A program made the translations under genes and the position numbers. A model generated the notes under the pieces. The model made no database searches. It had not been told where the DNA came from and was given only the letters and a program-made list of their open reading frames with translations. A stretch of 64,000 bases of DNA from an uncultured Bacteriovoracaceae bacterium (GTDB lineage: Bacteria; Bdellovibrionota; Bacteriovoracia; Bacteriovoracales; Bacteriovoracaceae), in contig CAXGUD010000014.1 of NCBI GenBank assembly GCA_964012805.1, positions 1 through 64,000 on the forward strand. Reading direction: 5' to 3'. The number at the start of each line of letters is the position of its first letter. The first letter of the stretch is position 1. Positions 8,324 through 18,028 of the stretch are shown one piece after another.

Positions 8324-10318
8324 TTGAAATACTTCATCTCCTACCTGCTTGTTTTCACCCTTTCATGGGTTTCTGTTCTTCCCAACTATCACGCATTTGC
8401 GGAAGATACAGGTTCCTCTAAGGAATCAACGGTATATAGTGAATCGGTTGACAAAGCTTCTGTGCATGGTACCCGTGGAGAAATTGCTCTTGGTACCATA
8501 ATTATGTTGGCCACAGCATTTGCCGCCCCCTTACTCCTAAAAAGCTGTCCTACAAAACCTTCTGTCATGGTATATGCAGCTGGCGCAGCTATGTTTATAG
8601 GTTTCGAGATTTATAACTGGGCCAATTACACTAAAGGCTCTGATAAAGTTATGGAAATTTATGATAATGCAGAAGAGTCTGATAAACAGCTAGAATCACT
8701 TACCGCAGCTGGGGAGCAAACACTAGAAGCCGCTAGTAAAACATCCCTAAAAGGAAATTTTGCAATGTCCGTGTCAATCACGTGGGGTGTAGCAGCGGCT
8801 ATTGCTGGAATAGAAGCAGTTTTAACTTACACAGGTGTAGCTCCAAATGCAGGTCCATGCATAGGAGTCGCTTCAAATTTTCATAATTTAAAAAGAAATG
8901 AAACCAAGCTATTTGGCCATCAATCAGTTGAAGAAATTAACATCATGGACAAGATGCCTCCTTTAAAAGAAATAGTCGAAAAAATGGAAAGCGGTAGAAA
9001 TGATTTCGAAACATACGTCCTTTTAAAAGAACAGCAAAGGTTCTATAAGGGTGATGTTAAGTCTATGAGCATCGATGAATATGAAAAAATAAAAAATAGA
9101 GATATTCTTTCATATGAAAAATCTAACAACGTGAATAAGCTAGCAAAATCTCTTTCCAGTATCATAGATTCTCTTATTCCTACTGCCTACGCTGATACTG
9201 AGAATAAGGTTGATATGGGTCTTGGAATAAGCGCTGCCTCTATTGGAATCATTGGAGCAGTTGCTATGACAAAGTTTTCAACTGCTTTAGCGACCGTCAA
9301 GGCCACTCAAACAACCTTTAGAGAGGCAGTGGTTAGGTCAGTTGGGTTTGGTGTTGCCGCGGGCTTAGCAGGTGGTCAGACAGCAATTATAAAAGATGCC
9401 GCTTCAAAACTAGAAAAACAAGCCAACCAGTATTTTAACTTAGCCTCTCAACTAACCCAAGCAAACTCACAAATTACTCTTACAACCGGTATTAATCAGC
9501 AAACTCAAGCTCCTATTATAAAACCCATGAGCTCTAGTGCCGCTGCCATAGCCATGAATGGTCAATGCTTCACAGGAGGGAGAGGAAAACTAAGAACTGA
9601 TCCGAGTTGCTCATGTAGAGCTTCAAAAGGTTGTAAAAAGTCGGGGATGCCAACAATTAATTTTGAGGGCTTTAAAACACCAAATACTTTAAAAAACCTT
9701 GTTAATACAAATGGACAAATTACAGATGAGTTCTACAAAGGTAATGTTCAAGGGGCCAATATGTTGGCCGAAGCGAACAATAACAAAAATGCTGCTCGTC
9801 TTAAAAAGCTAAATAAAAGTGTCCAAAAGACATTAAATAGTGCTTTAAAAAAATCTGGTAAAAAGCCTATTGATTTCGATAAAGAAATTGCTGACAACAG
9901 AACTGCTCTTTTTAGTAGTGTTCAGGATAAGCTTTCTTCTATGCCTGGAAATATTTCAAATAGTCTATCGACACAAGACAAAACTAAAGAAGATGCAGAA
10001 GATAAATCCGTAAGAGGATCAGGTGGCTCCGTTCAAATAAAAAGCCCAGCATCTACAAGGAGTAGGGCAAAAGCAAAAAAAGGTAAAAAAGGCGGAGACT
10101 TTAAGTTTGATTTTGACCTTGATGATGAAGAAGAGGAAAAAACAAAAGGGATGGGTCATTCAAGTGACTCTGCAAAGAGAGATAAGGAATTGGATCAATA
10201 CGAAACCACTCAAGACGATATTTCCCAAAGAAGCGAAACAAGTCTTTTTAAAATTATTGAAACAAGATATTTGAAAACTGCTTACCCTATTTTCTTCGAG
10301 GAGGAAAGTGCCCAATAA
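8324..10318 (+). CDS. Secreted hypothetical protein with Ala/Gly-rich hydrophobic helices, a Cys cluster and a charged C-terminus
   Basis: Signal peptide ending HAFA; several hydrophobic segments; GGAG RBS before TTG. Confidence 0.75.
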   Translation: MKYFISYLLVFTLSWVSVLPNYHAFAEDTGSSKESTVYSESVDKASVHGTRGEIALGTIIMLATAFAAPLLLKSCPTKPSVMVYAAGAAMFIGFEIYNWANYTKGSDKVMEIYDNAEESDKQLESLTAAGEQTLEAASKTSLKGNFAMSVSITWGVAAAIAGIEAVLTYTGVAPNAGPCIGVASNFHNLKRNETKLFGHQSVEEINIMDKMPPLKEIVEKMESGRNDFETYVLLKEQQRFYKGDVKSMSIDEYEKIKNRDILSYEKSNNVNKLAKSLSSIIDSLIPTAYADTENKVDMGLGISAASIGIIGAVAMTKFSTALATVKATQTTFREAVVRSVGFGVAAGLAGGQTAIIKDAASKLEKQANQYFNLASQLTQANSQITLTTGINQQTQAPIIKPMSSSAAAIAMNGQCFTGGRGKLRTDPSCSCRASKGCKKSGMPTINFEGFKTPNTLKNLVNTNGQITDEFYKGNVQGANMLAEANNNKNAARLKKLNKSVQKTLNSALKKSGKKPIDFDKEIADNRTALFSSVQDKLSSMPGNISNSLSTQDKTKEDAEDKSVRGSGGSVQIKSPASTRSRAKAKKGKKGGDFKFDFDLDDEEEEKTKGMGHSSDSAKRDKELDQYETTQDDISQRSETSLFKIIETRYLKTAYPIFFEEESAQ

Positions 10319-10350
10319 TGTAGCTAACAGATTGACTGAAAATAAGTTTC

Positions 10351-11172
10351 TTAATCTGAGCTTACTTTCTTCTTTTTCTTTTTCTTCTTCTTTTTCTTCT
10401 TTTTTCCACCAGCAGGTTTCTTTTTCTTTTTCATATAATAGAAAGCAGCGCCACCAATTAAGAGACCCGCAAGGATTAAAAGCAGTAGATCATCACCACC
10501 AGACTTCTTTTTCCCTCTTTTTTTCTGATTGACTCCAATTCCAAATTTATTGCCTGAATCAGGAATATAAACGTCATCACCAAGGAGGTCTTCGCTTTTC
10601 TTTTTTAAGTTAAGACCTCCCTTTGCAGCAGATTTTCTCTGACGAAAAACCCTCAACGTCGATACCATTCGATCAAAAACTGATTGGTAAGAAGCATAGT
10701 GAACTCTAGATACTGAGAATGTTACGGCGATCCCTAGATCTTCCTTAACAGTTGCGAGGTACCGAGTATAAAATCCTGGGACTTCACTCGCTAAATGAAG
10801 AGCGTCAATCCACTGATGCCTATTAATAATTTTCATGGAAGCATATTTAGGCTCAGAAACTTGGGTTTTTCTTCCCGGTATTTTGAAGGCCTTGCTTTTT
10901 TTAAGATAGGCTTGGTACTGATCTAAAGAGTCTTGAGAGCCTCTCAATTTAGCCGCTAAAATTATTATGGCCTCTTTCTTTCTCTCTTTACTAGAGCTCT
11001 GACAAACCCATTCTAATCCCTCTAAAACACATTCCCAGCCTGGTGGGAGCTCAAATTCACAATATTTAGTCGCAAATTTCTTGGCCTCTGCCATTTGGCA
11101 AAAGCTCGAAAAGATAATGACAATTAAACTAAATTTTATTCGGCTGATCATTAATCTATTACCTTGATACAC
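10351..11172 (-). CDS. Exported hypothetical protein with C-terminal GG-TM-poly-Lys anchor (start may be ATG 11151)
   Basis: Signal peptide ending AEA; CEFELPPGWEC domain; KKSGG-DDLLLLILAGLLIGGAAFYYM-KKKKK tail. Confidence 0.8.
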   Translation of the reverse strand: MYQGNRLMISRIKFSLIVIIFSSFCQMAEAKKFATKYCEFELPPGWECVLEGLEWVCQSSSKERKKEAIIILAAKLRGSQDSLDQYQAYLKKSKAFKIPGRKTQVSEPKYASMKIINRHQWIDALHLASEVPGFYTRYLATVKEDLGIAVTFSVSRVHYASYQSVFDRMVSTLRVFRQRKSAAKGGLNLKKKSEDLLGDDVYIPDSGNKFGIGVNQKKRGKKKSGGDDLLLLILAGLLIGGAAFYYMKKKKKPAGGKKKKKKKKKKKKKVSSD

Positions 11173-11265
11173 TTTTCAACATAAATCTCCTCTAATTTTA
11201 CCTGATAATTTGGCAACGCCACAACTAGGCGGAAAGAAGTCATAGAATGGACGAAATACTTTTAC

Positions 11266-12441
11266 CTAAAGCTTTCCTCGAACAATAAGGCCAGGTTTCA
11301 AAGGCCGATCAATGTACTTTTTTATAATTTTTAGGATAGACCAATTTGGTTTTGTTTCATAAACAACACCAGTACCAACCAAGACATTCCTCCCACGAAA
11401 ATCACTTTCATAAATATCCATCTTCATACCTTTTTCTATATACTGGTTATAGCCTTTATCAAGCTTTGCAAAGCCTCCTCTAGGAGAAACCTTTGTTATA
11501 GTGGCATCAAGATCGTACTCCTTAAACTTTTTCTTTTTCCTCTTTCTTTTAGACAATCCCTCCGATTGCCAAACAAGATTTATACCAAAACCCCAACCAA
11601 TATCTGTTGAAAAACCTGATATAACTTGTTCAAAACTTCCACCAACACCCCACCTCTCAAAATATTTCATGAAGGCAATATGGCCAACCATTAAGCTCCG
11701 ATTAACACTGCTATATAACTCGGAAGGAGAATTATCAGGTATTTCTATTCCAGGTTTGTTTTCCGGATCTTGGGAATATGGATCCTGCTTTAAAGAAAAA
11801 TTTCCCTTGAGACCAGCTTGAACCCCCCAACCTTTCTCTTCCCACAGAAGTCCAAACTGGTAAGGAATCTCCGAACTTAATCCACTCGGTGGTCTTTTAT
11901 ATCCCCCGCTAGAAACGAGTGCGAAGCTTTTTGACAATTTTAAGCTCCCAATTAGGTCAAAACCAACTTCCTGTCCTTCATCACCTAGAGCTAGTGGCAT
12001 GGTTGGATTTGCTTCTCTTGGAGCTGAAAAAAGGGCCGTTTTATAATAAATATTCCAAGCAAAGAGAAAGTTGCCTAGAGGTCTCATCTTGTATTTACTT
12101 GAAAGATATAGAGACTCAACACCAAAGATGGAACCATTATAATTTTCGGTTTTAGAACTATTCATCCTAAGGTTAACACCCCCTGATATATCCAAACTTT
12201 TACCAAGTCCATAAGCAAAATTAAGAAGTAAATCATCTTTTCTAAAATAATCTGAAGCGCTAAATTTTAAAGTTTCACCTAAGTCACTATAAGCCCCTGT
12301 CGATTGAAAAGATTTAAACCTAAAACCGACCTTCATGGATTTTTCATTAATTGTATGGGACGGAGTCTGGGGAATATCAAAGGCCTGCACAATAGAGCAA
12401 CAAAAACTTACCAATAGGAATATCAAACTTAGCTGTTTCAC
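11266..12441 (-). CDS. Putative outer-membrane beta-barrel protein with small C-terminal beta domain (FlgT-C-like)
   Basis: Signal peptide ending VQA; amphipathic beta strands; C-terminal LDKG...IEKGMKMDIY...VGTGVVYE pattern; GTG overlaps the upstream TGA. Confidence 0.55.
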   Translation of the reverse strand: MKQLSLIFLLVSFCCSIVQAFDIPQTPSHTINEKSMKVGFRFKSFQSTGAYSDLGETLKFSASDYFRKDDLLLNFAYGLGKSLDISGGVNLRMNSSKTENYNGSIFGVESLYLSSKYKMRPLGNFLFAWNIYYKTALFSAPREANPTMPLALGDEGQEVGFDLIGSLKLSKSFALVSSGGYKRPPSGLSSEIPYQFGLLWEEKGWGVQAGLKGNFSLKQDPYSQDPENKPGIEIPDNSPSELYSSVNRSLMVGHIAFMKYFERWGVGGSFEQVISGFSTDIGWGFGINLVWQSEGLSKRKRKKKKFKEYDLDATITKVSPRGGFAKLDKGYNQYIEKGMKMDIYESDFRGRNVLVGTGVVYETKPNWSILKIIKKYIDRPLKPGLIVRGKL

Positions 12442-13496
12442 GCCCTCTCCTTTTTTTCTCCATCAAAGGACCCTGATTCTGCTGCTTTTAAAGGTAGCCA
12501 TATTTCGCTTTTCCATACTGTATCTCTTTTAGAGAATTTAAATCTTCCTTCTTGCTCTAAGCAATTTTTTTCAATGGACCTTAAACCAAAACTTGTTTCT
12601 AATGATTTTTCCGAAGAGTAGACCTTTGTTTTATTGAAATTATTTTCAACGACTATATGAAAAAAACCTTCTTTTATACCAAAGTGAACAGATATATCAC
12701 GGCCACCGTGGTCTGAAATATTTTTCATCAAGTTTCCAAAAATTCTGTAAAAGGAAGCATAATGTATTAAATCTTTTTCTTTTTTAATTTTTAAAACGTG
12801 ATTACTGAGGGATATAACCCTTTCTAAAAATTTTCCATTTTGGCATTCTGGTACAAAATAAACGAGAAGGCGCTTAGCTCCCTCAATGGCTTTTTTAACT
12901 TCAACATAATCATCTAAAACTTCTAAATTCTTGTGGCCTTCACGAAAATGGTCCCTAAATAAAAGTTGAAGGGATTCAACTTCGCTCAAAAGATCTTCTA
13001 TTCCTTTCAGGTCTATTTCTTTTTTTTGATCCTTTCGATTTCTAAGGTAAAGTTTCATTCCGTGGGTTTTATTAATTACATCATGAAAAAATAATTTGGA
13101 AGAATCATTGTCTTTTGTTTTAACGTCTTGTTGATCATCCAAAATGGTTGGAAAGTAATCAAAAACTTCCTCAACCAAGATTACCCCCATAATCGGTAAT
13201 AGCACTATTATTCCGACTATGGGAATTCCACTTTCAAAAACAACAAAGCATGAAAAAAGAAATTGCCCCAAAACAAGTTCGTAAAAATAAAACTTTTCTT
13301 TTCTAAAAGGTGGAGTCAAAGCTGGGCCAAAAAGAAATAATTGATAGTGGTAGAGGAGATTCAAACTGGAAAAAAAGAGTGAAGATAAATCTCCACCCTT
13401 AAGTTCGTAAACAAATAACCATAAGAAGAAAGAAAGGCCAAGCCCAAAAAAAAGATACCTTGATAGAAAATCATGGCCATTTTTAATTGATCTCAC
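12438..13496 (-). CDS. Membrane protein with degenerate histidine-kinase (GHKL) domain
   Basis: About 4 TM segments; H-box-like FFHDVIN, N-box IFGNLMKNISDHG and G2-like SFGLRSI; no DxGxG. Confidence 0.6.
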   Translation of the reverse strand: MRSIKNGHDFLSRYLFFGLGLSFFLWLFVYELKGGDLSSLFFSSLNLLYHYQLFLFGPALTPPFRKEKFYFYELVLGQFLFSCFVVFESGIPIVGIIVLLPIMGVILVEEVFDYFPTILDDQQDVKTKDNDSSKLFFHDVINKTHGMKLYLRNRKDQKKEIDLKGIEDLLSEVESLQLLFRDHFREGHKNLEVLDDYVEVKKAIEGAKRLLVYFVPECQNGKFLERVISLSNHVLKIKKEKDLIHYASFYRIFGNLMKNISDHGGRDISVHFGIKEGFFHIVVENNFNKTKVYSSEKSLETSFGLRSIEKNCLEQEGRFKFSKRDTVWKSEIWLPLKAAESGSFDGEKKERA

Positions 13497-13536
13497 CCTC
13501 TCTTTCCTTCTAGGCCACTGGATTTTAATGAGGGGT

Positions 13537-14817
13537 TTATCTAACTGGCCTATAAACCGCTTTTTCCCCCAAAACTTCTTCTATTCTTAGCAGCTGATTA
13601 TACTTTTCCATCCTGTCTGATCGGCTTGCAGAGCCTGTTTTTATATGGCCTGCTCCCGTCGCCACAGCAAGATCCGCAATAAAGGAATCCCCTGTCTCAC
13701 CCGATCGGTGGCTAATGATGGACTTAAAATTATTTTTATAGGCCAAATCCATCGTTTGAAAAGTTTCCGTCAATGTCCCAATTTGGTTGACTTTGACTAA
13801 AATAGCGTTGGCCTGCTTTTTTTCAATTCCTTCTTTTAAAATTTTCTTATTTGTTACAAAGAGGTCGTCGCCTACAAGGACCATCTTTTCACCAAGTTTT
13901 TGAGTCAATTGTGTCCAACCATCAAAGTCGGATTCATCAAGCCCATCTTCAATTGAATAAATCGGATAGCGGCCACTAAGTTTTGAGTAATATTCAATCA
14001 TTTCAGAAGAAGAGAACTCTTTTCCTTGAACCCTGTAAGTGCCTTCTTTAAAAAATTCGCTTGCAGCTGCATCTAGGCTTAAAGATATTTGCTCACCAGG
14101 TTTATAACCAGCTTTTTCAATGGCCACGAGAATCAAATCAAGAGCTTCTTCATGAGAGCCTAAGTTTGGAGCAAATCCTCCCTCATCACCTACATTAGTA
14201 GAGTATTTCTTTTCTGTGAGAACTTTTTTCAAGTGATGAAAAATTTCGACCCCTGCTCTCAAGTTTTCAGAAAAAGAAGATTTTAGATGAGGCAAGATCA
14301 TAAATTCTTGGATATCAAGATTGTTTGAAGCATGAGAGCCCCCATTTATGATATTCATAAGAGGTGATGGCAGTAATAATTGCCCCTCCGGTGTAGGAAC
14401 CTTTAGGGATTCGTGGAGGTATTGAAATAAAGGTTTTTGTGCTTCTAAGGATGCTGCTCGGCAGACGGCCATACTAACGGCCAACATTGAATTAGCACCT
14501 AAGTTAGATTTATTTTCCGTTCCGTCCTTTTCAATCATAAGATTGTCTATCGCCTCTTGATCATAAACATCTTTACCCTGCAAGAGAGGAGTTATCTCCT
14601 CACGAATATGACCGACAGCTTTTCTTACGGACTTACCTAAATAATAAGAAGAGTCTTTGTCCCTTAACTCCAATGCTTCACGACTTCCTGTTGAGGCTCC
14701 TGAAGGAACTGCAGCTCTTCCCAAAAAGCCCTTGTCTGTTACAACATCAACCTCAATGGTCGGGTTTCCCCTAGAGTCAAGAATTTGTCGGGCCTGTATT
14801 TTTTCTATCTTTGCCAT
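13537..14817 (-). CDS. eno: Enolase
   Basis: [30 protein letters not shown] and SHRSGET motifs. Confidence 0.99.
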   Translation of the reverse strand: MAKIEKIQARQILDSRGNPTIEVDVVTDKGFLGRAAVPSGASTGSREALELRDKDSSYYLGKSVRKAVGHIREEITPLLQGKDVYDQEAIDNLMIEKDGTENKSNLGANSMLAVSMAVCRAASLEAQKPLFQYLHESLKVPTPEGQLLLPSPLMNIINGGSHASNNLDIQEFMILPHLKSSFSENLRAGVEIFHHLKKVLTEKKYSTNVGDEGGFAPNLGSHEEALDLILVAIEKAGYKPGEQISLSLDAAASEFFKEGTYRVQGKEFSSSEMIEYYSKLSGRYPIYSIEDGLDESDFDGWTQLTQKLGEKMVLVGDDLFVTNKKILKEGIEKKQANAILVKVNQIGTLTETFQTMDLAYKNNFKSIISHRSGETGDSFIADLAVATGAGHIKTGSASRSDRMEKYNQLLRIEEVLGEKAVYRPVR

Positions 14818-14944
14818 AATATCTCCCTATTCAAAGAATCAAGAACCGGTGGATTTAAACACGAACAAGGTTTTTTGTCACGAGCTCACACACAGACAAC
14901 TTTGACCAAAATGTATATGCTCTCTTAGTTTTTGAAATTAAATA

Positions 14945-15751
14945 TTAGCTTAGTAAGGTAAAATCACTGAACTTTCTTAAGTCCCATGCACCACTTTTTG
15001 TAGACAAAAATTGAAAGGTAGAGTTTCCACTCCTTGCAACACAGGACCCGCTTTTTTTTAAGGTTACTCCATCAAGCAAATGTTCCACTCTTTTGGCCAC
15101 GTAAGGGCCCGGAGATATGCACTGACAACCCAATTCGTTTTCGATAAAGGATTGAACTAGAGGGTAATGAGTGCAACCCAAAATAACATGAGTAAAGCCC
15201 AAACCTTTTAACGGCCCTAACTCCAAACGAAGCTTCCTCTCTAATTCACGGCTATTCCCTCTTGAATAAAGCTCCTCAACAATATTCGCCAGGTTTTTAC
15301 AGTCAAAAATACTAATTTCTCCCTTCGGGTCAACTCGTTTTTTAAGCTCCACAAAGCGAGGTGAGACTTTGGTTGAAGGTGTAATAAGAGCGGCCAAACG
15401 TCTCGGTTTAAGAGTTTTACACCCAGATGAAAGAACCTCTCCCTGGTTAACAATATTAAGATAAGGCTCAACACCAACAAAGGGCATACCGCAAAAACGC
15501 TCTCGAAGTGACTGTATCCCCAAGGCAGTCGCTGTATTACAGGCAACAACAATAAGGTCTACATCTTTTTCGATGAGGACCTCCACAACTTTTTCACAGC
15601 GTTTGCGTATAAACTCTTCTGACTTTTCCCCGTAAGGCAAAAAAGCCTCATCAGCAATATAATAAAAAGAGAGGCTTGGATTAAGGCCCATAAGGTCCTT
15701 AAGGATACTAAAACCACCTATTCCAGAGTCAAATAAACCTATCTTTTTCAT
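14945..15751 (-). CDS. murI: Glutamate racemase
   Basis: FDSGIGG, PYG, VACNTAT and LGCTHYP motifs. Confidence 0.97.
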   Translation of the reverse strand: MKKIGLFDSGIGGFSILKDLMGLNPSLSFYYIADEAFLPYGEKSEEFIRKRCEKVVEVLIEKDVDLIVVACNTATALGIQSLRERFCGMPFVGVEPYLNIVNQGEVLSSGCKTLKPRRLAALITPSTKVSPRFVELKKRVDPKGEISIFDCKNLANIVEELYSRGNSRELERKLRLELGPLKGLGFTHVILGCTHYPLVQSFIENELGCQCISPGPYVAKRVEHLLDGVTLKKSGSCVARSGNSTFQFLSTKSGAWDLRKFSDFTLLS

Positions 15752-15985
15752 TCCACCTCATAAACGCTCTGCTCTATCAAAACGAAGCTACATTAACAAT
15801 CTGTCCTAATGAGATCAACCCCCTTAAAAAAATGAGGCATTATCTTGTGAAAAAGGTCGCGACAAGACTTACACAACCTTTCCAAACCTCAAGCCTTGGG
15901 GTAGAAACGTAATGCAATAAAGCAATGATAAGAATACACTGCTTCGCATTTTTTCAAAAAGACTTACTGAAGGGAGTAAACCTTT

Positions 15986-16447
15986 ATGCCAAAGTTTACA
16001 TCGACAAAACTATTGAGGGGCTACCCCTGTACCCATAGACAATGGAAAGCTGAGAGTCATTGTCGTTTTGTCCACGGGTATAGCCGTGATTTTTACTTTG
16101 AGTTCGCTTGTAAAGAACTAACGAAAGAAGGCTGGGTTGTCGACTTTGGGGGCCTCAAAGAAATAAAGATCTGGCTATCTCATATGTTTGACCACACTTT
16201 CCTTGCTTCCCACGACGATCCTGCACTCGATCATTTTAAACAATTAGATAAGGAAGGAGTCATCCAACTGCGTCAATTGCCCAATGCAGGAATGGAAGGA
16301 ACAGCTCAATTTGTTTATGATCATGTCAGCAAAATGATAGACGAAATGACTAATGGAAGGGCATGGGTTACCAAAGTAGAAGTTAGGGAAAATGAAAAGA
16401 ACTCGGCCTTCCTTGAAATTGAAGGCCCTCCAAGCGAACGCGTTTAG
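15986..16447 (+). CDS. queD: 6-carboxytetrahydropterin synthase / PTPS (COG0720) family
   Basis: HRQW..SHCRFVHGY, WVVDFG, FDH and VRENEKNSA motifs. Confidence 0.85.
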   Translation: MPKFTSTKLLRGYPCTHRQWKAESHCRFVHGYSRDFYFEFACKELTKEGWVVDFGGLKEIKIWLSHMFDHTFLASHDDPALDHFKQLDKEGVIQLRQLPNAGMEGTAQFVYDHVSKMIDEMTNGRAWVTKVEVRENEKNSAFLEIEGPPSERV

Positions 16448-16454
16448 CTTTCCT

Positions 16455-16964
16455 TTAGACCTTTTTAAAAACTTGATAGGACCAAGAAGGCCAAGAAGAC
16501 CCTCCTTCATAATCTTTTGACTCCTTTCTTACCCATAAAGGCTTTCCTTCATTTTCAAAGCTTGGGAAAAAGGCATCGGCTTCTTTTTTACCCTTAATCC
16601 TTGTCAGATAAAGTGTTTGAGCAAAAGAAATAAGCTGCTCGTAGACTTGAGCTCCACCTGCGACCATCAGTTCTTTTTCATCATTTTTACTGGCCAATTC
16701 CAGTGCCTCTTGAATGCTAAAAACCGGTATAACACTTGAATGTAAGGATAAACGATCCTCCTCTTTTTTTCTCGTCAAAACAAGAAGGGTTCTTCCAGGT
16801 AAAGGCCTTCCAATGGACTCATAAGTTTTCCGTCCCAAGAGGACATAATGACCCATCGTTAATTTTTTAAAGTTTTTCAGATCTTCAGGAATCCTCCACA
16901 AAAGCTCATTCCCTTTTCCTAGACCTCTATTTTCGTCAATTGCCGCAATCAATGAAATCTTCAT
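16455..16964 (-). CDS. folA: Dihydrofolate reductase
   Basis: ISLIAA, LLWRIPEDLKNFK, GRKTYESIGRPLPGR, AGGAQVY and DAFFP motifs. Confidence 0.97.
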   Translation of the reverse strand: MKISLIAAIDENRGLGKGNELLWRIPEDLKNFKKLTMGHYVLLGRKTYESIGRPLPGRTLLVLTRKKEEDRLSLHSSVIPVFSIQEALELASKNDEKELMVAGGAQVYEQLISFAQTLYLTRIKGKKEADAFFPSFENEGKPLWVRKESKDYEGGSSWPSWSYQVFKKV

Positions 16965-17003
16965 TCTTACTCCTTTTCTTAAACAAAAAGCATAATAAAG
17001 TAA

Positions 17004-17798
17004 TCAAACCGCGACTTCTGCTTTTATATGCGGATGAGGTAAATAATTTTCAAAAGAAAAATCCTCGTATTTATGGTCAAAAATTGAGGAGGGCCTTCTC
17101 CTAAAAACTAGCCTAGGTAAGCCCCTAGTCTCTCTTTTCAATTGGAGTTTTACCTGATCCAAATGGTTCGTATAAAGGTGAACATCACCTCCAGTCCAAA
17201 CAAACTCTCCAACATCTAACCCGCATTGAGCTGCAACCATATGTGTGAGCAATGAATAGGAAGCGATATTAAATGGCAAACCTAAAAACACATCGCAGCT
17301 TCTCTGATAGAGCTGACAGGACAAGCGACCATTGGAAACAAAAAACTGAAAAAGACAATGGCAAGGAGGCAAGGCCATCTTTTCTAAATCCCCTGGGTTC
17401 CATGCACTTACCACAAGTCTTCTCGAAGATGGGTTGGATTGTATCTCCTCTATAACACGTCCCAATTGATCAATAACATGACCATCAGTGGATTCCCAAG
17501 ATCTCCATTGCTTTCCATAAATAGGACCCAGGTCCCCATTTTCATCGCACCATTCGTTCCAAATATTACAACCATTCTCTTTCAAAAATTGAACATTAGT
17601 ATCGCCTTTTAAAAACCAAAGAAGCTCCACAATAATTGATTTTAAGTGTAGCTTCTTAGTCGTCAAAAGAGGGAAGCCTTCCGATAAATCAAAGCGCATT
17701 TGCCTTCCAAACACGTTAAGTGTTCCAACCTTTGTTCTATCTTCTTTAAGCTCTCCATTCTCAAGAATATCTTTCATTAAATTCAAGTAAGCTTTCAT
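17004..17798 (-). CDS. thyA: Thymidylate synthase
   Basis: [21 protein letters not shown] and [18 protein letters not shown] motifs. Confidence 0.99.
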   Translation of the reverse strand: MKAYLNLMKDILENGELKEDRTKVGTLNVFGRQMRFDLSEGFPLLTTKKLHLKSIIVELLWFLKGDTNVQFLKENGCNIWNEWCDENGDLGPIYGKQWRSWESTDGHVIDQLGRVIEEIQSNPSSRRLVVSAWNPGDLEKMALPPCHCLFQFFVSNGRLSCQLYQRSCDVFLGLPFNIASYSLLTHMVAAQCGLDVGEFVWTGGDVHLYTNHLDQVKLQLKRETRGLPRLVFRRRPSSIFDHKYEDFSFENYLPHPHIKAEVAV

Positions 17799-18028
17799 TT
17801 GGCAATCCCCCCTTATCTAAAAATTTCCTCATCATATAACCTAAAAAGGCTTCTGGTAAAACCATCCTGTGTCTATAGCGAGGCATTGAGTTTGACCAAT
17901 TACATTGTCCTAACTTGAAAAACCCTTATTTAGCTTGTCACTGTCTCTTTACAAGGTACAATAAACTGATTTCCATAAAATTTGACTTAATTTTTTATGA
18001 GTAAATGATTAGCTTCTAAGAGGAACAC

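Noticed and set aside
15752..15985. preQ1 riboswitch upstream of queD
   Set aside because: No AGAGGTTC...CCCTC stem with A-rich tail was seen.
15986..17798. Prophage nucleotide-metabolism cassette (queD, folA, thyA)
   Set aside because: Flanked by core genes (murI, namZ), with no phage structural or integrase genes and similar composition.
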